The position numbers were made by a program, and so were the translations under genes. Below are positions 39,880 to 53,229 of a stretch of 64,000 nt of DNA, in pieces; within the stretch, counting starts at the first letter, position 1, and every line of letters starts with the position of its first letter. Origin of the DNA: Octopus vulgaris (taxonomy: Eukaryota). The notes under the pieces were generated by a model that worked only from the letters and a program-made list of their open reading frames with translations, did no database searches and was not told the DNA's origin. Where the stretch lies: NCBI GenBank assembly GCA_951406725.2, contig OX597815.1:126542001-126606000 (forward strand), in the 5' to 3' direction.

Positions 39880-40440
39880 ATCATTGTGATTTAACGTCAG
39901 TTTTCCATGCTGGCATGGGTTGGGCGGTTTGATTGAGGTCTGGAGAGCCAGTGGCTGTAACAGGCTCTAGTCTGATCTGGCAATGTTTCTACAGCTGGAT
40001 GCCTTTCCTAACACCAACCACTCAGAGAGTGTAGTGGATGCTTTTTACGTGCCACCAGCACGAAAGCCAGTCAGGCGGGCCTGGTATCAATCATGTTCGG
40101 ATAGTGCTTTTATGTGCCACTAGTACGGGGGCCAGTCATGGGGTACTGGCATCAGCCATGTTTGGATGGTGCTTTTTACATGCCACTGGCACGGGAACCA
40201 GTCAGGCTGTCTTGGCGTCGATTGTGTTCATATAGTGCTTTTTACATGCCACCGGCACAGAAGCCAGTCAGTGGGTACTAGCATCAGCCACATTTGGATG
40301 GTACTTTTTACATGCCACTAGCACGGAAGCCAGTTAGGTGGACCTGACATCGACTATGTTCAGATGGTGCTTTTTACATGCCACCTGCACAGGAGCCAGT
40401 AGAGGGCACTGGCCACAGCTATGATATTGTATCTGTGGCT
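39880..40440 (-). mobile_element. RTE 3'UTR fragment with ~60-bp tandem units
   Basis: Reverse complement of 33800-34265. Confidence 0.8.
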
Positions 40441-40464
40441 ACAACTTACAATAGCTCTATAAGT

Positions 40465-41172
40465 TGTACTTCTCATGATAAAGCATCTATACCTTCTGCC
40501 TACTTTTATTTCCTAACTCCACAAAGCTCTCGCACAGCCAAATATCTCCAAAACTTTCTTTGTCTATTCCACCAATGTCACCACAACAAATACATATTAG
40601 ATATGAAAACACGTCCAGCTGCTTTATACCAAGGCAGCCAGTTCTCACAAGATTCCTCACATGTATGTAGGAACACCAATCTGTCTTTCTAGGCTCTAGG
40701 TTCAATTCTACTGCAGAAATTGCATATCCTACAATTGTGCATGAATCAGTTTGGGCTAAGGTAATCTTTCAGTGTTATTAGTTGCCAATAATTTGAAGTT
40801 CATGAACAGAATGTATCTTTGGTGATAACAAAAGGATAGATCACTTTTCCTATTAATGGATAGAGTAGGCTGTGGTCATATCTGCAGTTTTTCCCAAAGG
40901 CAGTATTGGCAATTATGGACTTCAAGTAAGTAAAGAGAAGCTCAGTCAAAGATGTTCCAAGTGATGTTGGGGAAATAATTTCCTTAGTCCTGGAGTCTCT
41001 CATGAGACTGTACTTCTCATGAGAAAGCATCTACACCTGCCTACTTTTATTCCCTAAGTCCACAAAGCTCTTGCACAGCCAAACATCTCCAAAACTTTCA
41101 TTGTCTATTCCTCCAATGTCACCACTACACATACATATTAGGTATGTAAACACCTCCAGCTACTTTATACCA
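40465..41172. repeat. ~165-bp direct repeat (40465-40632 and 41010-41172) within a decayed repeat
   Basis: GTACTTCTCATGA.AAAGCATCTA...CACAAAGCTCT..CACAGCCAAA.ATCTCCAAAACTTTC...CTTTATACCAA occurs twice. Confidence 0.85.
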
Positions 41173-41777
41173 ACAGAGAGGTGGAATTAATCCTGTTTGC
41201 TCATAGTGAGATTAATTCCCTATAACACATTATCATCATGGCCTGCCTTCACCCAGCTAAAATTATACTACTCACCTATGCTTGACACAACTGAAATATA
41301 GCTTTACACCACTAGGCAGATTACCTCACCACATGGAACATCATCATCTAAGTTTACTGAACCTGGCAGATCACTAACTACTTGACCCTAACAGACTGTG
41401 CATATATTTCTATGTGGAGCATATATAAAATCAAATAACATCACTGTTCTGCCAATGTTTTTATATACTTTGAACTGATCAACAGAAGCCCATCTTTACA
41501 TTTTCTTAACTCTGAGTGTATCCAAGGAAAAAGATACACATCAGTGCCTACAAAACCTTTAGCAATGTAGAGCTGAGTCAAACTGTCATTAAATGACTGA
41601 ACAAATATATGTACTTATGTACGCATTCATGCATGTATATATAAATGTATATAACTACTCAATAACTTCTACTTAATAATATCAATAAATTATAGCTTCA
41701 TTAAAAATTATTCAAGAGATATAGGCAGTATTACTGTCGAAATAAAACGGGTAACACAAAGAGTGGAATTATCTTAC

Positions 41778-41959
41778 TTTACAAGGTTTTCATCCTCTTC
41801 ATCTTGTAGTTTAGCTAATTGTTCTTCATAAGCAGCATGCAACTTCAACATGGTTTCATGGTCAACAGTGGCATGTCGGTTATTCAAGTCTCTCAATTCT
41901 TCTAAAGCATCAATTTGCTCCATTTCTTGTCGACTGGCTTTCGTTCTGTTTTCCAGTAC
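41778..41959 (-). CDS. YJU2: YJU2/CCDC94 coding exon 5
   Basis: 182 nt, AG/GT boundaries. VLENRTKASRQEMEQIDALEELRDLNNRHATVDHETML... Confidence 0.95.
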
Positions 41960-42689
41960 CTGAGATACAAGATTTTAGAGATTGTTCTTAAAAGAAAATA
42001 AAACCCACATACTACTACTACCATATCTATACTTAAACAAGATACATAAGGATAGAAAAAAGTAGCAAATGAGTTTTATTTACTTGAAAAGTAAAAGTTC
42101 AACTCTTACTTTATGGTTAAATGGCTAAAAGTAAGATAATCATCCAACTATAAAACACTTCTCAATTTAGATTTTAAAAAAAGGACATTTATCAATCTAC
42201 TCTCATTTATCAACACAGTTTTTATATCTTTCTGCAAACAGTATTGCTTTATTATCTATTCTAGGCTAATAACAGAAACATAACTGTTTCTAATCTAGGC
42301 ACAAAGCCGGCAATTTTAGGTGGTGGTGGTTGGTTGATACCATCAAACTCAGTACTAGACTGGTGTTATATTTTGTCAACTTTGAAAGGACGAAATAAAA
42401 GTTGACTTTGATGGGATTTGAACTCAAAACACAAATAATCAGAAGGCATTCTGCCAATCCACTGCCCTAACAAACCTTGTTAACTGTTTCAATAACAAAT
42501 ACCATTTCATGTTTTGTAAGCTTGCAACCAACAAAGGATAATGAATGGTGTTGTTTAACCCCAGCTCAACCCCGATCAAAGAGACTTTGAGCCATGATCA
42601 AAGACATTCTAGATATGACCAATTCATCTTTATTACTTATCAATTAAGATGAAAAAGTCATTTTTATAGATAGACTATTTCTATCACTG

Positions 42690-43022
42690 TGCCTAGTGGC
42701 ACGTAAAAAGCACCATTCGAGCGTGGTCGATGCCAGTGCCACTTGACTGGTCCCATGCTGGTGGCACATAAAAAACCCCAACTCGAGCATGATTGTGGCC
42801 AGTGCTACCTGACTGGCCCCCGTGCCAGAGGCATATGAATATCACCATTCAAGCGTGGTCAATGCCAGTACCGCCTGACTGGCCCTTGTGCACTCACTAC
42901 ATCCAGCTGTAGAAACTTTGCCAGATCGGATTGGAGCCTGGTGCAACCTTTTGGCTTGCCAACCCTTAGTCAAACCGTCCAACCCATGGAAAGCTGATGT
43001 TAAACGACGAAGATGATGATGA
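42690..43022 (+). mobile_element. RTE 3'UTR fragment
   Basis: GGCAC.TAAAAA.C.CC units and GAT tail. Confidence 0.75.
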
Positions 43023-43774
43023 AAGATGGTAAGATGTAATAAGCTGGAGATTGGCAACTATTTCAGCAACTATACAGAGGCTCCTTCATTGATTCCAAGC
43101 AAATGTTTGCAAAGTTGGTACCAATGATAACATCTTTCATGCCACAACACTCTCAGTTCCATGTTACTGACTTCACTTCATCAGCTGCACATTATATCAC
43201 TACAAATGCATTTCTAACCTTCCCTATCCAAACATATGGCTTGGAATCATCATCATCATTTAAAACCATTAGTTGAAGCAGATTTTCTATGGCGAGATGG
43301 GCATCTTGTTATCAACTTTTAACTATTTCCAAGCAAAGTAAACTTGCCTCTGGTCTTTTGAACATGAACAGGATAACGATCTAACATATGTTAGCAGAAG
43401 CTAACAAAGAAACAATACTGCTTGTAAGATGAAGATGCTTGCTAACAACCAGTACACAATGTCAAGTTAAGGAGACATACACACACAATGGACTTCTTCA
43501 GTTTTCTGCCAACTAAATCCACTTGCAAGGTTGTGGTTGACCTGGGGCTTTATCAGAAAATACTTACCTGAGGTGCCAAACAGTGAACTTCTTAACCATA
43601 TAGCTATGGGATAGTTTTCAAAAAAAAAACCATTAACCAATTACATATCTTTAGATGGCTTGATGGATTTTAAACACTGCACAATCTCATAGCTCACAGA
43701 ACTAAGAGATCAGATGGTAATTTCTTATAAGTAGAATGCTCAAAGAAAATAAATATATATGGAATACAACTAAC

Positions 43775-43909
43775 CTTCATTGGATTATTCATTTCCTCCT
43801 CTTCTTTCTCTTTACGAGACCGTTCCTCCATTTGTTCTGCCAATTTGGCAGCTTCAAAATTTCTTGTAGCTCCAGCTTCCAAGGTGTAATCAGTGTTTTT
43901 CAAGTCGGT
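43775..43909 (-). CDS. YJU2: YJU2/CCDC94 coding exon 4
   Basis: 135 nt. [20 protein letters not shown]...EEEMNNPMK. Confidence 0.95.
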
Positions 43910-44920
43910 CTAATGACAAGATAAAAATTATACATGAAATAAATCTTTGAATAATTACTCAATCAAAAAAAGGCATTATCAGATTAATATTCAACAACTG
44001 TTTCTAATCTTGTAAATTTTCCAGTCTGCATAAGTCTTTTCTGTTTTTTTACCTACAGCTTATGTTCAATTTATTTGTACATTTTAAACATTTTCTGTTT
44101 AAACGGTTTTTGTCCATGAACTAAAATATTAAGCATTACATTGAAAACAGTTCTGGTTAATTCATAAAAGTTAAATTTATTCATCTGTATATAAATCATT
44201 AATTTAAGTATTTCAATTAAGTTTTGAACCAATTTAAGGTACTGAGTGGTATTATATTGATTAAAAGATACCTACTTTCCACAAAACATCAACAAATAAT
44301 GATATTATTACAAAATTTCTAGAATATACCTCCATCTCTCCACTTGTTTGGTAGTTCATCTTGTGCATGTAATATCACACCTTTAGTATACAAGCCAGGT
44401 GATTTCATCTGAACATTATATCTCTAGGAGTGCCAATTTAACCAGCTCCTGCAGTTTACCTGCATTCTAAATACCTGCTACCCACTGACATACATTACTG
44501 GCTATGTTAGATCCCTTTTGGAGCCAGTCTACATTTCAATAATTTCAGTAGGTATGTTTGAACAAATAATCAGATGAAAATTTGTCTTGACAACTTGTTA
44601 TTTTTCAGTCACGTACCAAACTACTCTGTTGGTTCAAATAATTCTTGTGCTCCAAATTATAATCTTCCTCATTTTATTTAATTTTAATATCTGGACAATT
44701 CTGTGCTTTGCCAAAGACAAAACATAATGCAAATGCCAATATATGAATTCCCAAAACTTCTGCTCATAAGCCAACACAACTAATCTAATTAGACATTGCA
44801 ATTTCACATTTAATATCACATTTAACAACATATTCTGTTATTTATATGAAAGTCACTAGGTTAGATTAAAATGATTTCAAAATAGGAAGAAAAGGCAGAT
44901 CCTTCTTAAAAAATCCTTAC

Positions 44921-45065
44921 CTTGAAAGCAATCTCAGAAACGCAACGTGGACATTTGATGTAGAATCGGAAAATCTTTAAACCCAAATAGTCTTCATTTT
45001 CTACAGTTTCTTTACGAGAATTAAATTTCTTTCCCTTGTAAACATATTCACCACAAGTATTGCAT
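44921..45065 (-). CDS. YJU2: YJU2/CCDC94 coding exon 3 (zinc-binding CxxC motifs)
   Basis: 145 nt. [48 protein letters not shown]. Confidence 0.97.
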
Positions 45066-46624
45066 CTAAGAATAAAATGAAATACAGGCCAAGCAATGCA
45101 ATAATTCGATAAAAAAACAGTTTCAACAAAAAAGAATGAAAAGTTTAAGCTTCTTCAAGCAAAAACTAAATGACGATTAAATTAGCAATAAGAAAAAATT
45201 CTTCACCTAGATAAGCCAAGATAGTTTGTCAAACTCATCCTAATTTTCATCAACAACATTACTCATTTCAAGGGATATATAAAATTTATTAATGTAATTT
45301 CCTGGCTGATCTTCAACTTAAATCAACACTAAACACATTAAAAATTCAATTCATTCCCATAATCTTTATTCAGATGACCATAACATATGACTTTTCATTT
45401 CATGGCATTAATCCAGAAACCACCATCAAACATCTTGATCTCAAATTATGAAATGATAAAATGAATTCTTATCCACAAGTTTCTGGATATTCTTCATTAT
45501 CATCGTTACCATTAGTTTACATCTGTTTGTCCGTATCAGTATGAGTTGTACAAGTCCCTTCTCTTAACACACTATCACTTCTGTGGGTTTTTCAGATGTG
45601 GCAATAGGCACAGGTATAGTTATGTGGTTTGGAAGCTGACTTCCCAACTCCTGAAGTTGTCTCACTAAAAAAAAAAAAAAATGACACAAACCTAAACTGC
45701 AATAACTTTTTAAATGGCACCTGTTCCTGTCCCCCTATCATACTTTTGCCAATTATACCCTCTCTACTACACCTTCCACTCAGTTATGAGGGACCTCTTG
45801 TGAGTTACCTGGTGACCTCAGTAGTGCCTGTGCCACTAGAAAAAAAAGCACACAGTCTACTCTGTAAAGTGGTTGGTTTTTGGAAGGGCATTTGGTCATA
45901 GAAATCATGCCAAAGTTGAAATTGAAACTTAACGTATTCCTATGGCTCATCAGAACTATATAACCTATACTAGCAGGGAAAACAAACAGGAAAGTGTCTG
46001 TAAGTAGAATCAGTGTCTGCTAAATCACATCAGTGTTATTTTATATGGATAGACACAACATAGCCAAGTAGTAAAAAGAAGTTTGCATCACAATCATGAG
46101 TTCCTGGGTTCAATTTCACTGTGTGGAATCTTGGGCAAGTGTCTTTTACCATTGCTTCAGGTCACACCAAGTCTTTTGAGTGAAACTGAGTAGATGGAAA
46201 CAGTGTAGAAGCAGTCAAATGGATCATACGAGTAATTCAAAAGGTACAGCCTTGTCACACACTGTGGCAAGCTAATTCTACTTACAGATTATGTTAATAG
46301 TATATACGCATCTATGGAATACTCAGCCATTTACAGGCTAATTCTATGAGCAGGTTGTTCAGTTGATTGAACAACTGAATCCTCACCATAGCCAAACCAA
46401 CAGAACAGAAGTCTGTTTTTATTTTAATTGGAATATTTCTGTTTCTTACACTCCTTATAGTTACAAACTCAATGAAGTATTTTTACTAGACACTCATGAC
46501 AGACTAAAAGGTTTCTAATAATTGAATAACATCGGACACAAATCAATATTTCAGTCAGATAAAGGCATCTTCTTTTAACACATTTTAAACACCTAAGTAC
46601 TTAGCAAATATTTTTATAGGAACA

Positions 46625-46774
46625 GGCATGGCTGTATGGTTAAGAACCTTGCTTTACAACCACAACATTTTAGGTTCAGTCCCAATGTGCAGTACCTTAG
46701 ACAAGTGTCTTCTATCATAGCTCTGGGCTGACCAAAATTGTAAGTAATTTGGGAGCTGAAAACTGTGTGGAAGC

Positions 46775-46816
<42 letters not shown>

Positions 46817-47015
46817 ATGTATTTTTGTGCCTGTCTCCACACTACTTAAAAACTGATGTTGGTTTGGTTATGTCCCCACAACTAAGCAGTTCAGCAAGAG
46901 ACTGATAGAATGTAAGTCTTCAAAAACAAAAGAAGTACTGGGATTGATTTATTCTAAGTGGTACCCCAGCATGGCCACAGTCCAATGATAGAAATAAGTG
47001 AAAGATAAAAGATAC
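46625..47015 (+). mobile_element. tRNA-derived SINE (CORE-like) with (GT)n
   Basis: Same layout as 4258-4650. Confidence 0.7.
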
Positions 47016-47136
47016 ATTAAAATGACTAATATTTTTACAATATTACTTTAAACCATTTTTTATGAAAACATTTTGCTTATCAAATATTCCTTTCTTTCAA
47101 TTCATCTTTCATTTTCATATCTGACTTAATATTTAC

Positions 47137-47237
47137 CTCATATTAAATGGAGCCATAATACGAATGCTGTATTGCCTATTTCTGGGCAACCGTAACTTGG
47201 GGATCTTTGAGGGATCGAAATCCGGTGGATAGTATTT
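47137..47237 (-). CDS. YJU2: YJU2/CCDC94 coding exon 2
   Basis: 101 nt. [34 protein letters not shown]. Confidence 0.97.
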
Positions 47238-49081
47238 CTGAAATATAAATAGAAAGTAGCAATTGTTTTAGATATTGTAATTCTGTGGAATATAATTAAT
47301 TTCAAATAACTATAGATCACTGTGTGTGCATGTGATAAAAGAAATATAACAGAATACATTCATTCCAGTTTATTACTCATACATTTTGTCTGCTGCCATC
47401 CTAATGGGATATCTGCGAAAAGATGTTTTCCTTTTTAATCAAGGGAACAGTAACACCCATGACCTCTGCAGGTCATCCCAGACAGGTAAGATTATTACAG
47501 TCGAGGTTAAACTTTTGCTGCTTCAAGTTGAAGTCTATAAGAGAAAGGGAGCAGATACATTGTTGAATAATCCAAAAGAAGTAGCAACTAAGTCTCCCTC
47601 ATATCACGCACTGCCATCTTGAAAAGATAAGGACATATTGCATATGGTTCTAGGTACACCACCCAAAATACGATGGAATGTTCATGTTTGGAGCATCTTG
47701 GATCAGAAGTATACTCAGCCAGGGATGAACAGGAGTAAAAAAAAAAAGAAAACATGGACAGAGACGAAGTTGCTTAGAACCACAGTTAAGGATAGGATGG
47801 TATTAATAGAGGTATGTGGGTGTGAAGTACTTTAGATGATGATAGGAGGTGAGTGAATGTGAAGTCTTGAACAGAAGTGATATGAGGCTTCTAAAAGCAG
47901 AGGAGCAGGAGCCATAGTTGTAAGAATATAGAAGAAAGAGAATGTGCATAGCATACTGGTAGTGGGTCTTTATCAATCAACAAGAATACTTCTTGGGATA
48001 TATGTAGCGTCAATGAAGTCCCGGATCTATAAGAGGTATTTTAGTATGTTTTACAATTGACCAACATCTGATCGGTACAGAGGTATTTTCTGGATCTGAA
48101 ACTTAAAGAAGACAAAGTTTTGGGTCCTTGGGGGAATTCTATTCTAGATCACTTACACTTTGCTGTTGGGAAATAAGATAATATGAGGAAACACATAACT
48201 ATGTGTTTAAAAAGTTTACTTCCGAACAACATAGAACTACCGATCACTCCCCTTCTGTGATACCTTGGGCAACTGTATTTTACTATAACCTCGTACTGGT
48301 CAATACCTCGAGACAGGCTGAAACTCTGTGTGTGAGTGCCCTTTTACATCCCACAACTTAGCAGTTTAGGAATACCCATTTCTAAATTACTCAATTGTTT
48401 TGATTACCTCTCATTACTTCTGGATTCTGAGACAGAATCCAAATGTTACTTAGTACCTCGATAAAATAATTTCAAACTGAAATAAGTATTGTATCAATAC
48501 GAACAACAGAACCAGTAAAAGTAGTGCCTTAGCATGGTCGCAGTCCAATGAGTGAAAGTAATAAAAATATAAAAGAATGCAAACGTGTTGCGACACCAAA
48601 TTCATTCATGTTATCGGTGTAAATAAGACAAAGATGAAGGAGAGTTTAGTAACTAGTATTTTTACATCTTTATTAACACATAAAGCGCGACAGGCCACGA
48701 TCGTGGCCGTCAGGCACAGGTCGATAGGCCACGATCGTGGCCCAGATAGATGCATTTACTTTATGGGTGTTTGTTGGGGTCTAATGTAAAAGGACTAATA
48801 GTTCAACTAATAACTTTTCAGATGATGTAAAACTTGCCACCATTATATACTAAGAAGATATTTTAACTAGTTTTGTTTTTTATGTGTGCATGGTAGTCTC
48901 ATTTTCATAAAATGTGCACAGCAGTCTATGCAAATGAAGTAGGATGGGTTTTCTTTAGAAATCAAAATAATACAAACGCAATTACTGGAAGTAAAAACAA
49001 ATCAATTCACATAAATTAAAACAAAACTTACATTTGAAACACACAGATCAATTTACATATATACATTAAAATGCAACTTAC

Positions 49082-49105
49082 GTTTAAAACCTTTCTCTCA
49101 GACAT
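49082..49105 (-). CDS. YJU2: YJU2/CCDC94 coding exon 1
   Basis: ATGTCTGAGAGAAAGGTTTTAAAC|GTAAGT = MSERKVLN, the conserved N-terminus. Confidence 0.95.
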
Positions 49106-49165
49106 TGTTAAATGTTTTTACAAGAACTCCAAAACAACTTGCAGTAAAAACAATTGTCAGAAAGT

Positions 49166-49173
49166 ACTTCCGG
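49166..49173 (-). promoter_or_regulatory. ETS/GABP-type motif CCGGAAGT in the YJU2 proximal promoter
   Basis: ACTTCCGG ~60 bp upstream of the ATG; typical of TATA-less housekeeping promoters. Confidence 0.5.
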
Positions 49174-49567
49174 CGGTGACGACAAGTAATAGTTCCTTAT
49201 GAATAAACATGTTTTATAAAATAATTTTACAGCTTTCGATTGAAAGGGATGCAGCAATTATATTCGGAAAGCACATCAATTTTTAATAGCTATCAAATTG
49301 CCAGGGTAAGACTGTATCTGCATCATGCTAAATTAAAATGAAGGAAGTGTGTTAGAATTTCAACGAACGATCGTAAGTTAAGTACTTAAGTTCAGAATGA
49401 AGTTGAAAGTTAAATAAAGGATACACAGTCTACGTAATTTTACAATACTATGACATACGCAAATTTTAAAAATGATTCGACTATACTTTTTAAAACATTA
49501 ACTCTTAAATAACATTGAGAAAATTTTAAATAATATATTGTATATTGTGAGACCAAACCATCGGTTA

Positions 49568-49640
49568 GGGCTCGTGGCGCAATGGATAACGCGTCTGACT
49601 ACGGATCAGAAGATTCCAGGTTCGAATCCTGGTGAGCTCG
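49568..49640 (+). tRNA. tRNA-Arg(ACG)
   Basis: GGGCTCGTGGCGCAATGGATAACGCGTCTGACTACGGATCAGAAGATTCCAGGTTCGAATCCTGGTGAGCTCG folds as a cloverleaf with A and B boxes. T-run terminator at ~49647. Confidence 0.97.
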
Positions 49641-50590
49641 CATTAATTTTTACTTCAATGTTCTTTAATTTTCAAAGTTTTGAAATTCTGACACTGAATG
49701 GATTATCTTTTAAATTTTTTTTTCAGCCAGAAAACTGTGCCCATGCAAAAGTACATGTTAGATCGTAGACCAATACTTCAACCACATCATTTTATTTTAT
49801 CAGCCTCAAAAAGGTGACAGTCCTGGCTACTATTATTATTCCATTCACAACTACATCAGGGGAATACAAATCCGTTCTAATTTTTTACTAATTAATGGAC
49901 ACCCGAAAATAAAAAGCAATTAACGGGCCGCCACTAGATACTGCGTTAGAGAGACTGCCAATTCATTATCGTCAACACAAACGAATAAAGGGAGGTGACT
50001 AAATATCGGCCGATGCTCCACCGATTCCGCCATTCAGTTTTGTCAGGGTATGTGCCCACCTCTTGACCGATATATTTTAAATAAACACAAAGCCTCATAT
50101 TAACTGGAATGGTAAAATATAAAATTATTTTAGTTTATGCCTATCCTGGAAGGAATAGTAGCACAAACATTAAGAAAGGGCTAAACAGGGAATCGAAACT
50201 AGACCGCCAGCCCGTTCCAAGGAGCTTTACACTCAGCGTTAATCCTTCACTATACTCAGGCTTCTTTTGTCCTCACTTGTATACACTTATTGTGTTTCTC
50301 TTAACTAGGAGAAACATACACAGGCAGACATACGACTGTCGTTCATATGTACAAACTAGCATTTCGTTTTGTTCAGTCACAATTATCACAACTTGAATTT
50401 TAGCGCCGATTGGAATGTACTCCGTCACATGACCCGGTTACACGAACGGAACAGAAAACGGATAAATTACTTGACCGTGTTTTAATTGGATATTTTTGGT
50501 CATCAAATCATTTCCTTCTTAGAGTGTTCGTTTTCTGAAAAATAACGTCTATTGCTTCGTTTTTCAAATAGAAAGTATTTATTTAATTAA

Positions 50591-50806
50591 GGCAGCGAGC
50601 TGGCAGAAACGTTAGCACGCCGAGCGAAATGCTTTGCGGTATTTCGTCTGCTGCTACGTTCTGAGTTCAAATTCCGCCGAGGTCGACTTTGCCTTTCATC
50701 CTTTCGGGGTCGATAAATTATGTACCAGTTACGCACTGGGGTCGATGTAATCGACATAATCCCTTTGTCTGTCCTTGTTTGTCCCTTGTGGGCAATAAAG
50801 AAATAA
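50591..50806 (+). mobile_element. Young tRNA-derived SINE
   Basis: Same family as 5121-5347. TSD AGAAAGTATTTATTTAAT on both sides. Confidence 0.9.
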
Positions 50807-51020
50807 GAAAGTATTTATTTAATAAAGTTAAGAAATGCAACTTCGACTCCCCATCTTGACATCTCGAGCTCTCAGCAGAAGCGTATATACATTAACGTCT
50901 GTTGCATTTTAAGTCACAAAAGCACTTGTCCTTACGCGCGCGAGGACTCGTATCCAAAACGTAACTTTTATTTTGTAACCTACAAACTTTTTTTAATAAG
51001 CAATAAGTATTTGTGAATTC

Positions 51021-51471
51021 GGATCTTTACCTTTCGACATAAAGATTTTTAAAATAATTTTTTGTAACTAAACACTTTCAAACTTCGGACACTGGTAGAA
51101 TGTGTCATATAAAACATCTTTTACTCTTAACCCTAAAACTCTAGCCCTAACCCTAAAACCTTAAAGCTAAAACCAGTACAAACGCACGAACGATGTCGTA
51201 AATAACAGTGACAAACGAAAATACACCCCCGATAGTTGTTGTTGACAAACAACGGCAGTAATTTTATTCAGCTGAATACGCGTCATTGATAGGTTGAAAT
51301 TACTGAAACAGGACTACTTTAACGTGAAATTACTTCGTAAATATAAGTTTTTCTCAAAAATGCTAAGAGTAAAAGATATTTTATATGACACATTCTACCA
51401 GTGTCCGAAGTTTGAAAGTGTTTAGATACAAAAATTATTTTTCAAATCTGAAGGTCAAAAGGTAAAGATCC
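51021..51471. mobile_element. Foldback MITE with ~110-bp TIRs (GGATCTTT termini) and internal CCCTAA units
   Basis: GGATCTTTACC...GGTAAAGATCC. Flanks GTGAATTC / GTGAACAC (6/8 TSD match). Confidence 0.85.
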
Positions 51472-52365
51472 GTGAACACTTCTGTTAACATATTAATTTA
51501 TTATGCTGGAAGTGCTCTGTGCATTTTCAGACAATTTATATTCTGCAAACTTTCTGTGTATTACAACACTCGAGCAATTTATGATGCGGTAAATTATCAT
51601 ACGCTTCTTCATTTAAAGTACATTTATAAATACAGTGCGTACTGGTATACTGCATATGTTCTTCCTTGGCATTCTTGCATTCTGGATCAACGTATTACGA
51701 GTCCATATGTGCGTACGGAAGAACAAATTCATCTGTGAAACGCTCTCAGCTTACAATGTGTGACAGACATTAATGAATGTTTGTGTTCAATATTTCTTGA
51801 TACGCGAGGTCAGGTAGCATTTTCTCAGAACTTTTGAATTAACTCACCCTGTTAGGAAAATGAGGACCGAAAAACGAACACTCCAAAAAGGAAATGATTC
51901 GATTGGCTGAAAATAACCAACAGAAATGGTAATTTAGCCAGTTTTCGATACCGTTCGTGTAAACGAGTCATGTGACATTTAGAACATTCCAATCAGCGCT
52001 AAAATCAAAAGTGATAATTCTGATTGAACAAAAGCAAAATGGTAGTTTGTATGTGTGAGCGACAGTTAATGATGTATCTGTATGTCTGCATGTTTGTATA
52101 AGAGAGACATAGTAAGCATTAGTGGAAAAGACAGAAGGGGAAGATATGCTCCAATGTGTATTGCACCTAATTGACACAAACCGACATTAATTATAGTGAA
52201 GTGCAAGCACTGGGAAGGAAAATGTAAAACCTCGATGAGACGGACTAGCGTCACAGTTTTGCATTCCGTGGATAAAGTTTTCCATATGCTACAAATCCTT
52301 TCAGGATATGCATAAACTAAAACAACTTTCTATTTCACTATTCTATCTGGAACTAATGACAAAAA

Positions 52366-52750
52366 AAATCCTGAAATACCGCGATCTGTGGTGTTCGAGA
52401 CGTTTGGTGGGGTCGGACCACTAACTGCAAGATTCCTGTCTTCACTGGCAACTCGCCTAGCGGAGGTAACTGGTGCAGCTCGTGAGGGCACTTGGCTGTT
52501 CCAACGCATCAGCCTCGCCATCAGCCGCGGCAACGCTGCAAGCGTGCCTCAATAGTCATTAGAGAGATTTCCCAGCGCCCCCAACTTTGTGGTAAATGAT
52601 TTTCTTTGGTGGTGGGGGGTCTTATTTTCTTCCTCTCTTTTATTTTTAATTTTTTTCAATTGTGTTCTCTGATTTGTGCAATTTTCTAATTTAATTTTGT
52701 AAAACAACAACATTAATTGATAATTAAATTTAACTGCACTCGGAAAAAAA
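52366..52750 (+). mobile_element. 5'-truncated CRE-clade non-LTR retrotransposon 3' end
   Basis: KYRDL / VVFETFGGVGP..RFLSSLATRL..WLFQRISLAISRGNAASV (52374-52547). A-tail; TSD AATGACAAAAA (52355-52365 / 52751-52761). Confidence 0.8.
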
Positions 52751-53156
52751 AATGACAAAAATTTCATGGCGGAATCAATGGAGCATCGCAAGCCATCTTG
52801 ACAGAAGGTTCATTGCATCGTTAATGCATCAAAGTACATGCGTTATCTGATAGTCTATTGCATACTGTGATCAAATTGTTCTAATTCTATTTTGCTTTTT
52901 ATTGTTCTGGCGTTCATTAATTTAAGAACTAGTTAAAAACTGATATCGATTTGTACTCTCAGTGTATCCTGTACGCGAATAAGATTCTAATAGATAGAAA
53001 TTTTTCTGTTCTTCAGAAGCCAATATGATAGAGATTGATATATTTGAATTTATTTGTATGAGCATAGTTCACTAATTGAAAAGAGTGAAATCAAATCGCA
53101 CAATTGAGTGAATTTCAAAATATAAAAATTATTAAGCGTAAATGCAAAACAAGTTG

Positions 53157-53229
53157 CGAGCTCACCAGGATTCGAACCTGGAATCTTCTGATCCGTAGTC
53201 AGACGCGTTATCCATTGCGCCACGAGCCC
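53157..53229 (-). tRNA. tRNA-Arg(ACG), identical to 49568-49640
   Basis: Exact reverse complement of the first copy. T-run downstream. Confidence 0.97.
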
